Counted from the first letter of the whole stretch, positions 47,246-61,427 are shown. The stretch: 63,864 nt of DNA, filler included, from Rozella allomycis CSF55 (GCA_000442015.1; 12 parts of 11 records of this genome joined end to end with filler, not necessarily neighbours in it); one strand, 5' to 3'. Notes: generated from the letters alone by a model not told the origin. A program made the numbers and translations.

Positions 47246-48457
47246 CTAAATTTCTTTATTTTTATTGCGTAAAATACTAGGCCTTTGTTTGGAATGGGTA
47301 AAATGAGTCTGTGAAGTCAAAAATTCCTTGTGGTTATGATGATCTAATGGGGGTATATCGACGCTGCTGATTATTTTAATTCTACGGTGTTCAACCTTGG
47401 TAGGAGCTACTTTAGATCTCTGAAAGAACGTTTTTAGTAATTGAGATCCAATGGGTACTTCTTGAGACATCAGAGTCGATCCTCGATTGCTGTTGTTGTC
47501 ATTTGAAAGTTCGGAAGAAAGCGGGTTACTCTTTACATCTTCTTCTCCCAAATTAATGGCGCTAAACTCTTCAAGGGGTTGAATAACTGACTATAAAAGC
47601 AAATTACGGTTACGTTGTTTTAATTGTTTCATTTTCAGTCCTAAAAAGTTTAATTTGCTGTTGTCATTATCTTCCATTCTGGGCTCTATGATAACTGTTG
47701 TAAGAGGATCTTTTTCCAAGTGAGCGTATTTTTCCCTGTTTGGAATTTTGTATGCAGCGATATTTTCTTGAGTTTCCTTTTGTTCAAGTACCTTTTTCAA
47801 ATCCAAAAGCTTCTTTCTTAGTATTTTAGGGGTAGCTATATGACTATTATCAAGATTTTCAGAATTTATATTTTCAAACGCGACATGCTCAATATTTGTG
47901 TTCGCCTTTCGAATCCTGTCCCTATCAAAGTTAATTGATTGAGTTGCATGTAGCACGTTAACGCGGAGAGAACTTTTTGATGCAAAAGACCCTGGGTTAT
48001 AAAATGTTAAAACTTTCTTTCTTCGTGTATTAAGTGAGTTTCTAACAGCTTCCTTGTCATCGTTTCCTAATTGTTCAAGGCATTCATTAATCTGTGCTTA
48101 AAAATCAAAACCTATTACCATTAAGTGCTCATTGGCGCGCTCTATTTGTGAATTATTTATTTTTTTCCGAATTCGAGTAGGCAAGGCTCTGTATTTTGGT
48201 ACGGGTCCATAGTACAGCGAATCCTTTCCCGATCGATGATTACCAGTATTCTGCTTTGCCGTATCATTACAAGCCGACTTATTTTTATTTTCAGTTTTAA
48301 ATGTTTGATAGTTTGACAGTTGAAGTTTAATTTGGTCGCTGTATTCATATTTTAAGTGTTTCAATGTGTTCTTCCGAACAAGCATATTCTCGTCTTCTAT
48401 TGTATACAAGTTGGGATATGCTTTTCTTATTATAACGTATTTATGATGTTACAGCAT
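47246..48457 (-). CDS. Hypothetical hydrophilic protein (multi-exon)
   Basis: Successive minus-strand ORFs linked by tiny GT-AG introns; ACCCT upstream of ATG. Confidence 0.55.
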
Positions 48458-48520
48458 TTTTGAGGGTAACCAAGGAAACCAAAGAGGCCATGGATTTTGG
48501 GAGGCTTAAGATTTGCAAAA

Positions 48521-50067
48521 ATGGACGTTACAAGGTCTAACTTTAAACAGACCATACCTTTGATACTAGATGCTATAGATAAATCAGCTTTTCTTTCTAT
48601 TGATACTGAACTTACAGGTTGTTTTTAATTTTAAATTTTATACAGGTCTTCAAACTAGCAAAAATATGTCATATAGAGTGTTTGATTCCCTACAGCAACG
48701 ATATTCAAAATTTAAAGATAGCGCTTCTAATTTTCAAATACTCCAATATGGTATTTGCACATTTGAACTACAAGATGATAAAAAGCTATTGGCCAAACCG
48801 TTTAATTTTTATTTATTTCCTAGAAGCAATGAATTGCTAAAAACAGATTTAGTGTTTTCTTGTCAAAGTGGATCTATTGATTTTCTTGTTAATCACAACT
48901 TTGACTTTAACAAGACCTTTTATGATGGCATTCCGTTTATGTCACAAGAAGAATACAGCATTAAGAAAGAGTTTGTAGCTCAAGAAAGAGATGATATAAT
49001 ACTCAATGAAAAAGATGAAGACTTTGTACTTCCCCAACTGTAACGATTGTTCAATTATTTTATAGAACTTCAATTGAAAATTGGCTCCAAACAAAAGAAA
49101 ATAATAATTGGAAACTAGAAATTAATAACGCATATTCTAGGCGTTTACTTTATCAGGAAGTGAAGAAGAAATTCAACGGATTCGTGCAGTTGGAAAAATC
49201 CATGGTTGGCGGGAAAACATTTCTTGAAGCAAAATGCCTTAAAATCGAAGACAAGTCTCTTGAAACTATTAAAAAAGACAACTATTTGGTAATTTAAAGT
49301 GTGGTTTTGAATAGAATGAATTGGATGAACAATTCGGATTTTCTCGAATAATCAAAGAAATAATCAATAAAAAGAAAATTGTCGTCGGGCATAATTTGCT
49401 TCTTGACATTTGCCACACTTATCAGAAATTCATTGGGCAGTTGCCAAACGATGTTGGAGAATTTAAGTCCACGTTAAATGAAAATTTTCCCTTGATTTTG
49501 GATACTAAATATATAGCAAAGTCCAAATTGGCTGCTGAAATTGAATCAACACATCTTGGCGACTTGTTTGAAATAACTAATAAGCTTGTCAAAGATGATG
49601 ACTTATTGATAAGTAAGTTCTTGATAAGCTATAGAAATAGAATGCTGTGATGGATTCAATCAATATAGCGAAGATTCCAATAAATTTCATGAAGCTGGTT
49701 ATGATGCTTATTGCACTGGTTCTGCCTTTGCGAAAATGATGTTTTCATTATCAAAGAAAGAAAATATATCCATGGCCGATACTTTGAAACAAAATTATCT
49801 TTTGAGTTATTCAAACAAATTCAATTTAATGTCAAGCATTATTGACTCTTTCAACGTTACCGAATCGGAAAGTAAAGTTTTTAAAATTAAACAATTAGCA
49901 ATATCTGCAACAAAAAATAACGTTTTTCTTTTAACTGATTTTGTAGAACCAATGAATCATTCACAAATCGTTGAGACTATTCCAAGTGAAGTAGGAAAAG
50001 TCATGTTTACTCATTCTATTGATTCAAATAACGCAGTGGTTATTTTAGAATCTGATGGAGCGTTTGA
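48521..50067 (+). CDS. PARN: Poly(A)-specific ribonuclease PARN (CAF1 family), 3-prime truncated
   Basis: MDVTRSNF...SIDTELTG, PFNFYLFP, SIDFLVNHNFDFNK, VGHNLLLD, LDTK, HEAGYDAYCTG. Confidence 0.92.
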
Positions 50068-50167
50068 NNNNNNNNNNNNNNNNNNNNNNNNNNNNNNNNN
50101 NNNNNNNNNNNTTAATTAATTAANNNNNNNNNNNNNNNNNNNNNNNNNNNNNNNNNNNNNNNNNNNN

Positions 50168-50536
50168 AATTGCCATAAACTTCCAAAAATACTTCAGTTC
50201 TTTCTATGTAATTGATAATTTAATGAAATACCCGAGATAGTCATATCATGTTCTTCGTCCAAAATCAGATTCATTAAAAGTAGCAGCTTTGTAATTGTTG
50301 GAATTTCAGCTTCAATGATGTAAAACTACGAAAACATATATTTAATAGCCTACATTTATCGATTCAAACTGGTGATCTTTATCATTAGCGAGGCTATCCA
50401 AGGTCTTCAAAACATGTCGCAAGTCGCTGCCCCCTTGGATTAGGTAGTGCACTTCACTCATTCTAGAAGGTGCAATGTTTAAATCAATAGCAGGAGTGAA
50501 TCCCCAAAATGAGCTTGATCCAATTCCCAAGTTCAT
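50168..50536 (-). CDS. DNAAF3: Dynein axonemal assembly factor 3 (PF22), 3-prime truncated
   Basis: GIGSSSFWGFTPAIDL...GGSDLRHVLKTL...FYIIE...EVFLEVYGN. Confidence 0.8.
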
Positions 50537-50588
50537 TATTGTCCAAGCCTCAAAAACATTAACATGCAATTTGTTTTATTATGTAAAA

Positions 50589-53083
50589 TTAAATAGAATA
50601 TTTATTTACACAATGGCGTTGTAACTGATAAAAAATATCAACAGGACCAGTCTTATTCAAGAAGATGGTCAATGCGGAACAAACATCAATGTTGACCAAG
50701 TCAAGTGAAAGAGACTTTATGTATTCCATAAATGCCTCTGAATATATAAAGTTGTAATTTTGGCTTGAAAGGAATTGAATGAGAATCTCCCGCTGATATT
50801 CTATTCCCATGCTTTCTAGAACATTTTTAGCTTTAAGAAATAAATCTTTTTGATTGGAAATCAGCATAAGCAATAGAAAAAAGCTTGAACTTGAGAATGT
50901 TAAGATCTTTTCAGATTTTATGAGATACGCACAGAGTTTGCTATTATTGCTCAAATTTAGGAGGACTTTGGGGCTTGATAAAGGGGAGGAAATCTGATTA
51001 AAAAAGTATTCAATCTCTGTATTTTGCAATAAAATTTGCTCTCTGAATAGCCAATGTTCCACACCATATTTTATGGCTGTCATGATAGCAAATATTCGAA
51101 GCTCTTTATCGTGACAATTTGCAAAGAATAAATCAAGCAATAAATGGCACTTGCTCTTATATATTAACGTTAGTAAACTCTTGTTAAAATGGTGAAATAA
51201 GTTGATGGCTTCAAGAATGTGAANGTCGTGACAATTTGCAAAGAATAAATCAAGCAATAAATGACACTTGCTCTTGTATATTATCGTCAATAAACTCTTG
51301 TTAAAATGGTGAAATAAGTTGATGGCTTCAAGAATGTGAAATGAAAATGGAAGCATATAGTAATCCATCATTGTAATTTCTTTCATCAATTGATTTTCAA
51401 TATCACTTGGAGCGAACAAAGTAAGTGCGACGTGAAAACGTGGACCTCCGAATCGATAAATAGAATTGCGAAACCATAGAGGATAATTGTCAATATCAAT
51501 GATGGTTGATTTTAAAATTTCATAATTGGCATAAGAAAGATCATTTTCAATATATTTATCAATTCTCTTTTGATATCTCTCAGTCAAACTTTCTTCCTTG
51601 TCCAAATTCATCAACAAAACAACTAAATAGCGAAAGTTTTTAGTAAAAGTGTGCAAATACGAGATTCTATCATCTGGATACAAATTAATTAAGGTTTTTT
51701 TCAACGAAACTTGATGCACAATATTATACGTTCCATTCTCACCTATTATGATGATTAATGCATATTTACTTTTTGATAGCACACTAAACGTTTGACTACT
51801 AGTGGGCTCAATGTATTGGTGATAAAGTCCTAGCCAAAATCCAGCATTTGGGAAATTGAACTTGCCTTCTGGGAGTTGAAGACCATTTCTATCCAAATTA
51901 ATTAAATGCATTCCAAAATGATTTTTGCTAAATTGGAGAATGAAGCGCGTGTTTTTCATAATAAATATGAGTTTGCCATACCCATACCCGTCAATGTCTT
52001 CTTCCCAATAAATGTTTTCATTATTCCAGACTGCATATTTTCGAAAGAAATCAGGCATGTCTTTAACCTTAAAGAAGGCCACGATCAAAGATGTAAATCC
52101 AATATAACCACCTGTTAACTCTACAGTATCCTCATGCTTGTATACTACGCCATCAATGTATGAAATTATCTTTGAAAATTCAGATTGAGAATTGATACTT
52201 CCTATGTCTTTAGTGGTAGCATGTTTGTTGAAAAAGACAGCTAGCTTTTCAGTCTTTTCATTCTTTTCAAATAACCATCTTTGGGGGCTCAACAAGTTAT
52301 TCGTCGTATCATGTGCAAGTATTGTCAGAAAGTTCATTACAGTAGCCTCCCCACAATTTGGAAACTCATGGCCATCAATATTCAATCTGACGTAGTGCGC
52401 CATGGAGGGATAAAAGGGATTTGCAAAAATACAAAAGGCGAACTGATCTTTTCTTAACAAGGTTCCATTACAAATATCCTCATACTGATTTTTGTCAAAT
52501 GGCTCTGGATTAATTCCTATTAATTCAGTTGGACTGTTCGCTTTGTAGCAGGCGGCCGATAAAATGATTGCTTTGATTATTTGTACTGACAATTTTTGAT
52601 TCTTTTTACTTTGCCATACAAGGATAGACAGTTTGTTGAGAAACTTTTTGATTTCGCTTTTGGAAACTTTTCCTTCGATTTTATCAAATACCGAAAAGAA
52701 CTTGTCTTTCATTTTTTGCATGCTGTTCCTATGTTATTAATAACGATTAATTACTCATCGTTGTTAATGTTAACAGCATCCGCTATGCTATAGAAATCAC
52801 TAATTGTTAGATTTCGAACGCTAGGGTTCATAATAACTTGATCATTTCCAGGAGAAATGTAAAGCTTCTTAATAATGATGTGATAAGGTGAGTCATCCTC
52901 GGCAAGTCCATATCTAAGGAAATCACAATGGTGCATTGAACATCCTTCAATCAAAGGAAAATCATTCGAAACATGTCTCTCCAAATCCTTAAACTGGTGA
53001 GGGTAAATTATTGATACAACTACTCTAAAGTAGATAATGATTAGCAAAAGGACGTTCACAAACATTTTCGAGATGTTCATCAA
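50589..53083 (-). CDS. Large secreted orphan protein with FPNCGE motif (candidate Cys-His enzyme effector)
   Basis: ORFs 52751..53083 and 50589..52721 join via a 26-nt intron; N-terminal hydrophobic signal; FPNCGEATVMNFL...SKNHFG. Confidence 0.7.
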
Positions 53084-53205
53084 ATGAGCTCATAAATACA
53101 CCTTGACATCACCCTAATTAATTACACAAAAAATTAACAAAGTCGTGACAGTTTAATGATATTTTACATTGTTTCATCTAATAAAATTGTCCATATGGCT
53201 ATTTA

Positions 53206-54591
53206 TTAAAAACGTAAACGGAATCCCAAATTTTGGGTGGCTCCAGCTTGCATTTGTGCTTGGCTAAGGGAATGTATTGTTTGCTTTTGCTCCAAAGTCA
53301 AGTCATCATCGTCAACTCTACCAAGAGGTGCATTTGGCGAGTCTCGTTTCCGTCTACTAAAATGATACCGTAGTTTCTACCTTTCAGCACTTCCCTTGGA
53401 AGGCCACGATGGAAATAAGGAAGGATCCTTTGCTGGAGGGTTTTCCTTAAAATAAGGATGTCTTAGAGCTTCTTCGGCCGTTATGCGTTGTTTTGGATCG
53501 TACGTCAGCATTCTTTGCAAAAGGTCTCTTCCGTTTTCAGTCATGTAAGGAAATTTAGCCTTCAAGTTGTTATAGCTATATCAAAATATTTAATATTTAG
53601 TACGGTTGATTGACAGGCCGTATTTTAGACGCGTGAGGCAGTTGGGAATATCCGGGCCATATTTTATCATTCGGCATACCTAGTAGTTTAAATATCTAAA
53701 CAATGAATTTAATGCTTTTTACCTTATCCAATTGGTCGATCTCAGAGACTCCAGGAACCAATGGCTCTTTATTGACAAATTCTGCGAAAATGCACCCAAC
53801 AGACCACATATCAACCATAGTGGTGTATTCATCAGATCCCAGTAACAGTTCAGGTGCTCTATACCATAAAGTAACAACCATCTGTGTCATTCTCCCTACC
53901 GGACTTCCAAAATGTCTGGCTAACCCAAAATCAGCAACTTTTAACTCTCCTCTATTGTTCATCAGCAGATTTGAAGTTTTAAGATCTCTATGAATTGTCC
54001 AATTGCTATGCATCGACGCCACCGCTGATAATAATTGTATCATTAATGTCTTGACTTCAGATTGCAAAAACGGAGATTTCATGTCATCCATTAGCGCTTT
54101 TAAATCATGCTCGACAAATTCAAAAACCATAAAAATGCTGAAAACAATCACGAAACAATTTTACCTGTCTGTAGTGTTTCCTACAACGATTTCTTTTAAA
54201 TTTACAATATGAGGGTGTTTACATAATAACAAGGTTTGTATTTCTCTTAAAGAAGTGATTGGAAATCCTTCCTTTTCTCTGTCCAATTTTAATCTCTTTA
54301 AAGCCACGATTTCGCCTGATTTCAAGTCTTGCGCTCTATATACAACTCCGTATGTCCCTTCATCGATCAAGTTTAGTTTTTTAAACTCATCGACGGACCT
54401 GCAACCACTCAAATAGACAGGTGAATCATCATTTTCAACACTTGGTTTGACGCTAGTGGTATACGGAGATAAAGTGCCTTCTTCTTTCACAGGTATTCTT
54501 TTCTGAGGTTTTACGTCTTCTTCTTCTTCATCGCTCTCCCACCGAGATTTTTCTTTGTGAGAAATATGATAAGCGTACTTTTTGCCTGCAT
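53206..54591 (-). CDS. CDK11: Cyclin-dependent kinase 11 (PITSLRE)
   Basis: [55 protein letters not shown]. Confidence 0.96.
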
Positions 54592-54612
54592 TTTTCAAAG
54601 AGGCTTTGCTTT

Positions 54613-55004
54613 ATGAATGCAATTCTTAAAAAGACAATTAATCAAATATGGCCACTTAGAATTTATTTGAATGGAATATATCCGCGATTCAGTTCAAATG
54701 AGACCCTGGCACTGACGCAGACGATGAAAATATCACTCAAGACGCCAAAAGGAACAAAAGACTACAGCCCTGAAGATATGGCTGTAAGAGGAAAAATGTT
54801 TGATGCTATAACCAAAGTGTTTAAGAGACACGGAGCGGTGACTATTGACACTCCAGTTTTTGAAAGAAAAGTATATTTTTGATTTTGGGTGTAAAAGGAA
54901 ATATTAACTGGAAAGTATGGCGAAGATTCAAAATTGATTTATGATTTAAAGGATCAAGGAGGTGAGGAATGCTCTTTGAGATACGATTTGACGGTTCCAT
55001 TTGC
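54613..55004 (+). CDS. HTS1: Histidyl-tRNA synthetase, 5-prime part (in-frame ATGs at 54613 and 54724)
   Basis: [10 protein letters not shown]...[45 protein letters not shown]. Confidence 0.95.
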
Positions 55005-55104
55005 NNNNNNNNNNNNNNNNNNNNNNNNNNNNNNNNNNNNNNNNNNNNTTAATTAATTAANNNNNNNNNNNNNNNNNNNNNNNNNNNNNNNNNNNNNNNN
55101 NNNN

Positions 55105-55875
55105 AGCGAAATCGTCATTGGCACTCGGGTCTACTCTAGAATCTGAAAGCAATAGTTTGACAACTTCTACATGGCCTTTATAAGAAGCCCACCGAATAAC
55201 GTCTTGGGCACTTGGATCTACTCTAGAATCTGCAAGCAAAAGTTTGACAACATCCGCGTGGCCGTTCGCGGAAGCCGATCTGATAGCGAAATCGTCATTG
55301 GCACTCGGGTCTACTCTAGAATCTAGATGCAAAATTGTGCCCCCGTTTCTGGAAGATACAAATATGGCATAGGATTCTGTTGTTGGTAGAGAATTATCTT
55401 TTCGAACACTATTTTTCGTGTGTATGACATTTAGATCATATCTACATGCAAACTGAAATGCATAGTTAACAGCGTTTTGAGAAATGTCTTTTTGTTTCAT
55501 GAAGTTCAAAAAGCTAACGAACCTTTCACTATACTCGCTGTAGTTGAGAATTTCCCGGCAAATATCTTTAGTTAACATTTTGGCGCATCTTTGTTTGAAT
55601 ATATATTGGATTATATATGGACATTTCCAAGTACAATGTAATTNTTTGAGAATTTCCCGGCAAATATCTTTAGTTAACATTTTACCGCATCTTGTTTTGA
55701 ATATATATTGGATTATATATGGACATTTCCAAGTACAATGTAATTCAGGTGCTTGATGAAGGACAACGTTCATACAAAGTGAACGAAGCCAGTGGGATGT
55801 TCTAGACATTTGTTTCAAATCATTTAGCGGTAAGTGTGACAAAATTATCAGCCAAACTTCATGTGGGAAATCCAT
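55105..55875 (-). CDS. F-box + ankyrin repeat protein, third paralog (3-prime truncated)
   Basis: MDFPHEVWLIILSHLPLNDLKQMSRTS...CTWKCPY...DSRVDPSANDD. Confidence 0.9.
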
Positions 55876-56542
55876 TATCTAAGGTGGCTGNCCATACAAA
55901 GTGAACGAAGCCAGTGTGATGTTCTAGACATTTGTTTCAAATCATTTAGGGCTAAGTGTGATAAAATTATCAGCCAAACTTCATGTGGGAAATCCATTAT
56001 CTAAGGTGGCTGGATTCTGGAACAACCTGAAACCTATGAACCTAGCGTTATCGCGCATAAAACAAGTTTACAATATACGAGTAAATAATGTTATGTCCGC
56101 ACAACGAATAGTAGGACGCATCGCCTCCAAATATTAAACATCAAACCGATGGACGAGAAAAGATCGGCTCTAAAAACGAAAAGATGTGATTTTTAAAATA
56201 AACAGCCGATGAAAATTTATTTATTGTCTACCCAGTCTAGCTGCGCAAGAAATTCTTTTTCTGTTAAATTAAGCAAAGTCGATGCCTCAATATGCAGCTT
56301 TCTGATTATCAAGAGAAATAATTACTTTTTGTTTTCTCAGGATTTCAATTAATCGCATTTGTTTCTTGAATGCTTGAAGCAGATCCAATTTNTATAGTGT
56401 TATGTCCGCACAACGAATAGTATGATGCATCGCCTACAAAAATTAAAACGTCAAACCGATATACGAGAAAAGATGTAGCTATTGAGAATCGCCTCCAAAA
56501 ACGAAAAGATGTGATTTTAAAATATAAACAGCTGATGAAAAT

Positions 56543-57759
56543 TTATTTATTGTCTACCCAGTCTAGCTGCCCAAGAAATTCTTTTTCTGTTAAATTAAGC
56601 AAAGTTGATGCCTCAAGATGCAGCTTTCTGATTACCAAGAGAAATAATTACTTTTTGTTTTCTCAGAATTTCAATTAATCGCATTTGTTTCTTGAATGCT
56701 TGAAGCAGATCCAATTTTTGCTTTTCCATTCTTTTAACTTCTCCAATCAATTGATGTTCTGTCTGTTTGTAGGCTAACTGGAGATCACGCAAATCATTTT
56801 GGGATTTAGTGTAATTATTTTTCAGTATTTCATGCTCTTCTAAAAGCCTGTTTAATCTAACATCATAAAGGGGTCCATTGATTACTTTAAATCCTTTGAA
56901 TTATGGCTAGTTTCTAATTGTTTAAAGCCTCTAATAGCATCTTCGGAATCCTGATAGTCTCAATTGGAAGAACCTTACTTTCCTTAATGTTTCAATTTCC
57001 TCGAGAATTTTTTCATTCAGATTCTTTAAATCTAGATTCTCTTTGCTCAATTTATTTAATGCGATATTCTTCTGGTTTATTATTTTATTCGCAGTTTTCA
57101 ATTCTTCTTCTTTTGTTTTCAAGGCATCTTCAAGAGTCTTGGTTTTCTTTTTCTGAAAATTGAAATGATTAGTTTTATTACCAGTTCAGTATTTTCTTTA
57201 TGAACTTGTTCGACTTCTTCCTCAAGAACGATCAATTTCGCTTTAACAAACCTTTCAACTGCCTCCTTTGGTGTATCTGGATCAAAGTCGTCATAAAATT
57301 GAGAGGTCTGAGAGTTTATTTTTTCATTTATCTTCTTTTTAAGTTTTGAATTCTTTAGTTTAAGAGCTTGATTCGGTAGTGATGCTGACGAGTTTGATTT
57401 AATCTCGCTCTTTGATGAACTTTCTAATGAAAGAGATTTCTTTAGGCTGTGAAAGTTTTCTTGCTCTGCCGCTTGTTTGGATTCTTTCTAGAAATTCATT
57501 TGAATTGCGTATGTTTTACCAATACCTTTTCCGCTTCCAAGACTTTTTCCTTTGCTTTCTGATTCATTAACTTGCTTTGAAGTCAATGTTTAAACACTCT
57601 ATATTATTACCTCAATTCCTTTTCTCTTTGCAACAGTTTTGGGTTTATTGATAGATTAGAGACTTTTTATACAATTAGAATAAATTTTACAATCTTCAAT
57701 TTCTTCATAATCATCCAAAGTATCCTTTATTATTAGCAACCAACTATTACAGCTAGCAT
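56543..57759 (-). CDS. TEX9: TEX9-like ciliary/centrosomal coiled-coil protein (3-prime end duplicated at 56218-56391)
   Basis: C-terminus EKQKLDLLQAFKKQMRLIEILRKQK/LHLEASTLLNLTEKEFLGQLDW matches the TEX9 pattern. Confidence 0.75.
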
Positions 57760-57795
57760 GTTTTGGCGCGAAAACCAGGGTTGGTAGTAAACAAT

Positions 57796-58515
57796 ATGGG
57801 GTTACCAAAGTCTGTAGTTTATGCGTATGCCATTTCGATAACACTATTTTTTGTCAACTTTTTTGTGTGGGTATTTGATATTCCAGGTGTGTCAAATCGT
57901 GGATTGCTTCTTTCTACTAGCCGCTACCATAGGAATGATTTTGGATTGGAATTGATATGCAGCTCTTTTCCATATTTAAGCTTTGTCGTTGCTGTTCTTT
58001 TTAGCAACTCTTTTATAATGTTCATGTCCACTGTGTATGGCACATTCCAATTTGGATATGCTTTGGCCAAATGGTGGATTCCGTAACAAAATGATTATTG
58101 TATAATGTAGATACTTTGTTGGAGGAAGCAATTACTTTTGGGGTGTGAAAGAATTAGCCGAGTATAGAATTTTGTATCCACACCATTTTGCAAATCCAAT
58201 TTTGCCTAGAATACATGAAAAATTCATTGTTGTTCCTGGTGTTGAAGAAATCATTGTTTTGTTGTTATTGGCTAGCTTGGTGTACTTTTCATGGAAGGCT
58301 ACCTCATGTGTGTTTACTATTGAAGCAGGAGACAAAGAACGCTTGGCTGGGCTAGGGGCATCAAATAAGAGATCTCCAAGCAAAAAGAAAAGTAAAAGCC
58401 CAAACAGAGCTGATACTCCANTTGAAGCAGGAGACAAAGAACGCTTGGCTGGGCTAGGGGCATCAAATAAGAGATCTCCAAGCAAAAAGAAAAGTAAAAG
58501 CCCAAACAGAGCTGA
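57796..58515 (+). CDS. Multi-pass membrane protein of unknown function (3-prime truncated)
   Basis: MGLPKSVVYAYAISITLFF...KWWIP/YFVGG...; about 4 TMs and a basic tail. Confidence 0.65.
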
Positions 58516-58615
58516 NNNNNNNNNNNNNNNNNNNNNNNNNNNNNNNNNNNNNNNNNNNNTTAATTAATTAANNNNNNNNNNNNNNNNNNNNNNNNNNNNN
58601 NNNNNNNNNNNNNNN

Positions 58616-61387
58616 AATTAATGAAGAATCATTTAATGAAATTAATAAAGAATATCAGAAAATGAAAATTGAAATTTCAGAAAAAGAAAAAGAGATTGAA
58701 AAGATTTTAAATGAAAATAAAAGATTAGAAAATGAGATTGAAGAATTTAAAAATAGAATTGAAAATTATAAAAAGATTGAAAATGAGAAAATTCAAGTAA
58801 GAAATAGAAATTGAAAATATAGGAAATTGAATTTATGAATAAAGAGATTGAAGAGTATAAAGAAAAGAATAGAGAGATGATTGAAACAATGAAGAATAAT
58901 TCAGTTATTGTAGAACAATCACAAAAGAATTATGAAAGAGAAATCACGTGTCATGCAAATGATTTGAAATTGTTAAATGAAGTTAGAAACAATCTAAAAA
59001 GTTTACAAGATGAATTTAATAAATTTAAAATTGAGAAAATTAAAGAGATTGAAGAANATGGCATTGAAAAAGAGAGAGGCGCAAGTTTGAATAATAATAG
59101 TTTGAATACTACAAGTTCAAACGCTAATAGTTCTAACCCTTCAAACCCACTTATTCCAACTAATACTTCAACGTTAAATTCATTGGTAGAGTTTTTGAGA
59201 AGAGAAAAGGAAATGATTCAAATTCAATTAGAAATATCAGAACAAGAAAAGAAGAGAAATTTGCTTCAAATGGAAAAGATTAAAAAAGAAAATGAAGAAA
59301 TAAAATTAGAAATGAATAATAATAAATTTGAAATTGAAAAAAATAATCTATTAAAAGAAATGATGAACAAGACAAATCAATTAAATTTATTAAAAGAAAG
59401 TAATTCAACTTTAAGAAGAGAAAATGAATTAAATTTTAATAAAATAAATGAATTAAAGAATGAAATTGAAAAGATTAAATCTGAAAAAGATCCATTGGAA
59501 TTAAAGTGTTTGGAATATGAAAATGTTTTGAATAATTTAAGAGAACAAGAAGTTTATTTTAAGAATGAAATTGGTGTTTGGAAAAATAGAGTTGAAAAGT
59601 TAATTGAAAGGAATTCAACCATTAAAGAATATGAAATGAAATTAGAAGAGAGTAGGCAGAGGTTGGAGGAGAGTAAGAGTAAGTTGGTAGAGAGTGAGAG
59701 AAAGATGGTAGAGTATCAAAGTAAATTGCAAGAGAGTCAAAGTAAATTGGTTGAGACTCAAAATGCTTTGAAAGAATCTCAAAGTGCTTTGAAAGAAGTA
59801 GAAACAACTTGCAAAGAAAGAGAGAAATCGTTGAGAGATAATTTGAGGGAATATCAATTGAAATTAAATCAAATTCAAAATAAAACTTTAATGGAAAAAG
59901 AAGCTCAAATTAAATCTCTTAAAGAATCATTAAAAGAAAATGAATCTAAATCTTATGGGCAACAAATTCTATTAAAAGAAAAATCAATTCTAGAATCTCA
60001 AATTAAAAGTCTAGAACAAAAGATAAAGAGTCTAGAAGAAGCCTTGAAATCAAGTCAAACAGAATTAAAATCAAATCAAGAAGCACTAAAATCAAATCAA
60101 GATTTAAATAAACAATATTCAGAAAAGATTGAGAAATTTAGAGAAACAATGAAAAAATTAATTCCTTTTAAAAATAGAGCAATTGAATTGGAAAAATTAC
60201 TAAAAGATTCAAATTCCAAAATTTCAAATCTGGAATCTCTCAATAAAGAAAAAAATGAAAATAGTCAATGGAAATCTAGATATGAAACTTTATGTGAATT
60301 AGTTAAAAAGAAGGCAAAAGGAAATTTTGAAGTTGTTGAAGGGGTTGAAGTGAAGGGTGAAGCTGTTGAAGTTGTTGAAAAAGTAGAAGAAGACAGGGTA
60401 GAGAAGTTGAAGACTGAAATGGTTGTAGAAAAGGATTCCGTGAAAGAAAATGATAACACAGTCAAAGATGCAGAGAAAGTTGTTCAAGATACTAATGTTG
60501 CTTCTATTGAAACAGTTGATGTTAAAATGATTGATAGTCAAACAAAAGAAGAAAGGGTTACAGTTATTGAAACAGTTAATGAAACTGTTCCAGTTAAAGA
60601 AGATGTTTCTGTTAAAGAAGATGTTTTAGTGTCAAAGGTTGCTGAAAGTACAATGCAAGAATCAACTACTACTGAAATTAAAAGTGAATCTATGAAATCT
60701 ATTGGTGACATTCCATCTTCATCTACTNATCTTCATCTACCCAAATTCAATCTAATGAAAACATTGTTCCTGAAAAAAGATCTAGAGAAGATGATGAATT
60801 GGATATTCTAACTACAAAAAAGACTAGATCTGATTTAAATACCCCTGAATTCATTCAAGAAGAAATAACTAAAGAAACTGAAGGTCTAGTTGAAGAAGTC
60901 AATAATGTAACAGCTAATGTTAATGAAGAAGTAAAAGGCAATGATGTTAGCGATGTTGTCTTGAAAGATAACAATGTTACAGATAACAATGTTAATGATG
61001 TCGACTCAAAAGATGTGGATTTAAAAGATCTAAACTCAAAAGATGCCGACTTAAAAGAGGTTGAAGAAGAATTACAACTTGAACAAGTGGAAGTTGAAAA
61101 GGATGAAGAGGTTGACGATAACATTGAATCAGAAGACAAAGAATTAGAAGAATTGGGCGAAATTAAAGACACTGACGACGACATTAAAGAAAAACCAAAA
61201 TTTACTCCCATTGAATTCCATGAACCACCCCAAAAATCTCCAATCTCTGCTGGTAGAGGCAGACTAGCCCAAAGAAACAGAGCAGCTTCAAGTATTTCTT
61301 TTTAATAATCTTTAATCATTAGATGCCCCCGTAAGAGGTACTAGAGGTGCCAGAAGACCTTATAAGCCACCACGTGGAAGAAAATAA
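58616..61387 (+). CDS. Nuclear basket protein Mlp1/Tpr (5-prime truncated)
   Basis: QKNYEREITCHANDL, FLRREKE, LNLLKESNSTLR; coiled coil, acidic tail, RG-rich end. Confidence 0.85.
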
Positions 61388-61427
61388 ATCTAATCTTTGT
61401 AGTATTTTATTCAGTAAACTATATAAG

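Noticed and set aside
15784-58615. Recurrent TTAATTAATTAA palindrome
   Set aside because: Always centred in N runs; an artificial six-frame-stop scaffold linker. Gene adjacency across these spacers is therefore unproven.
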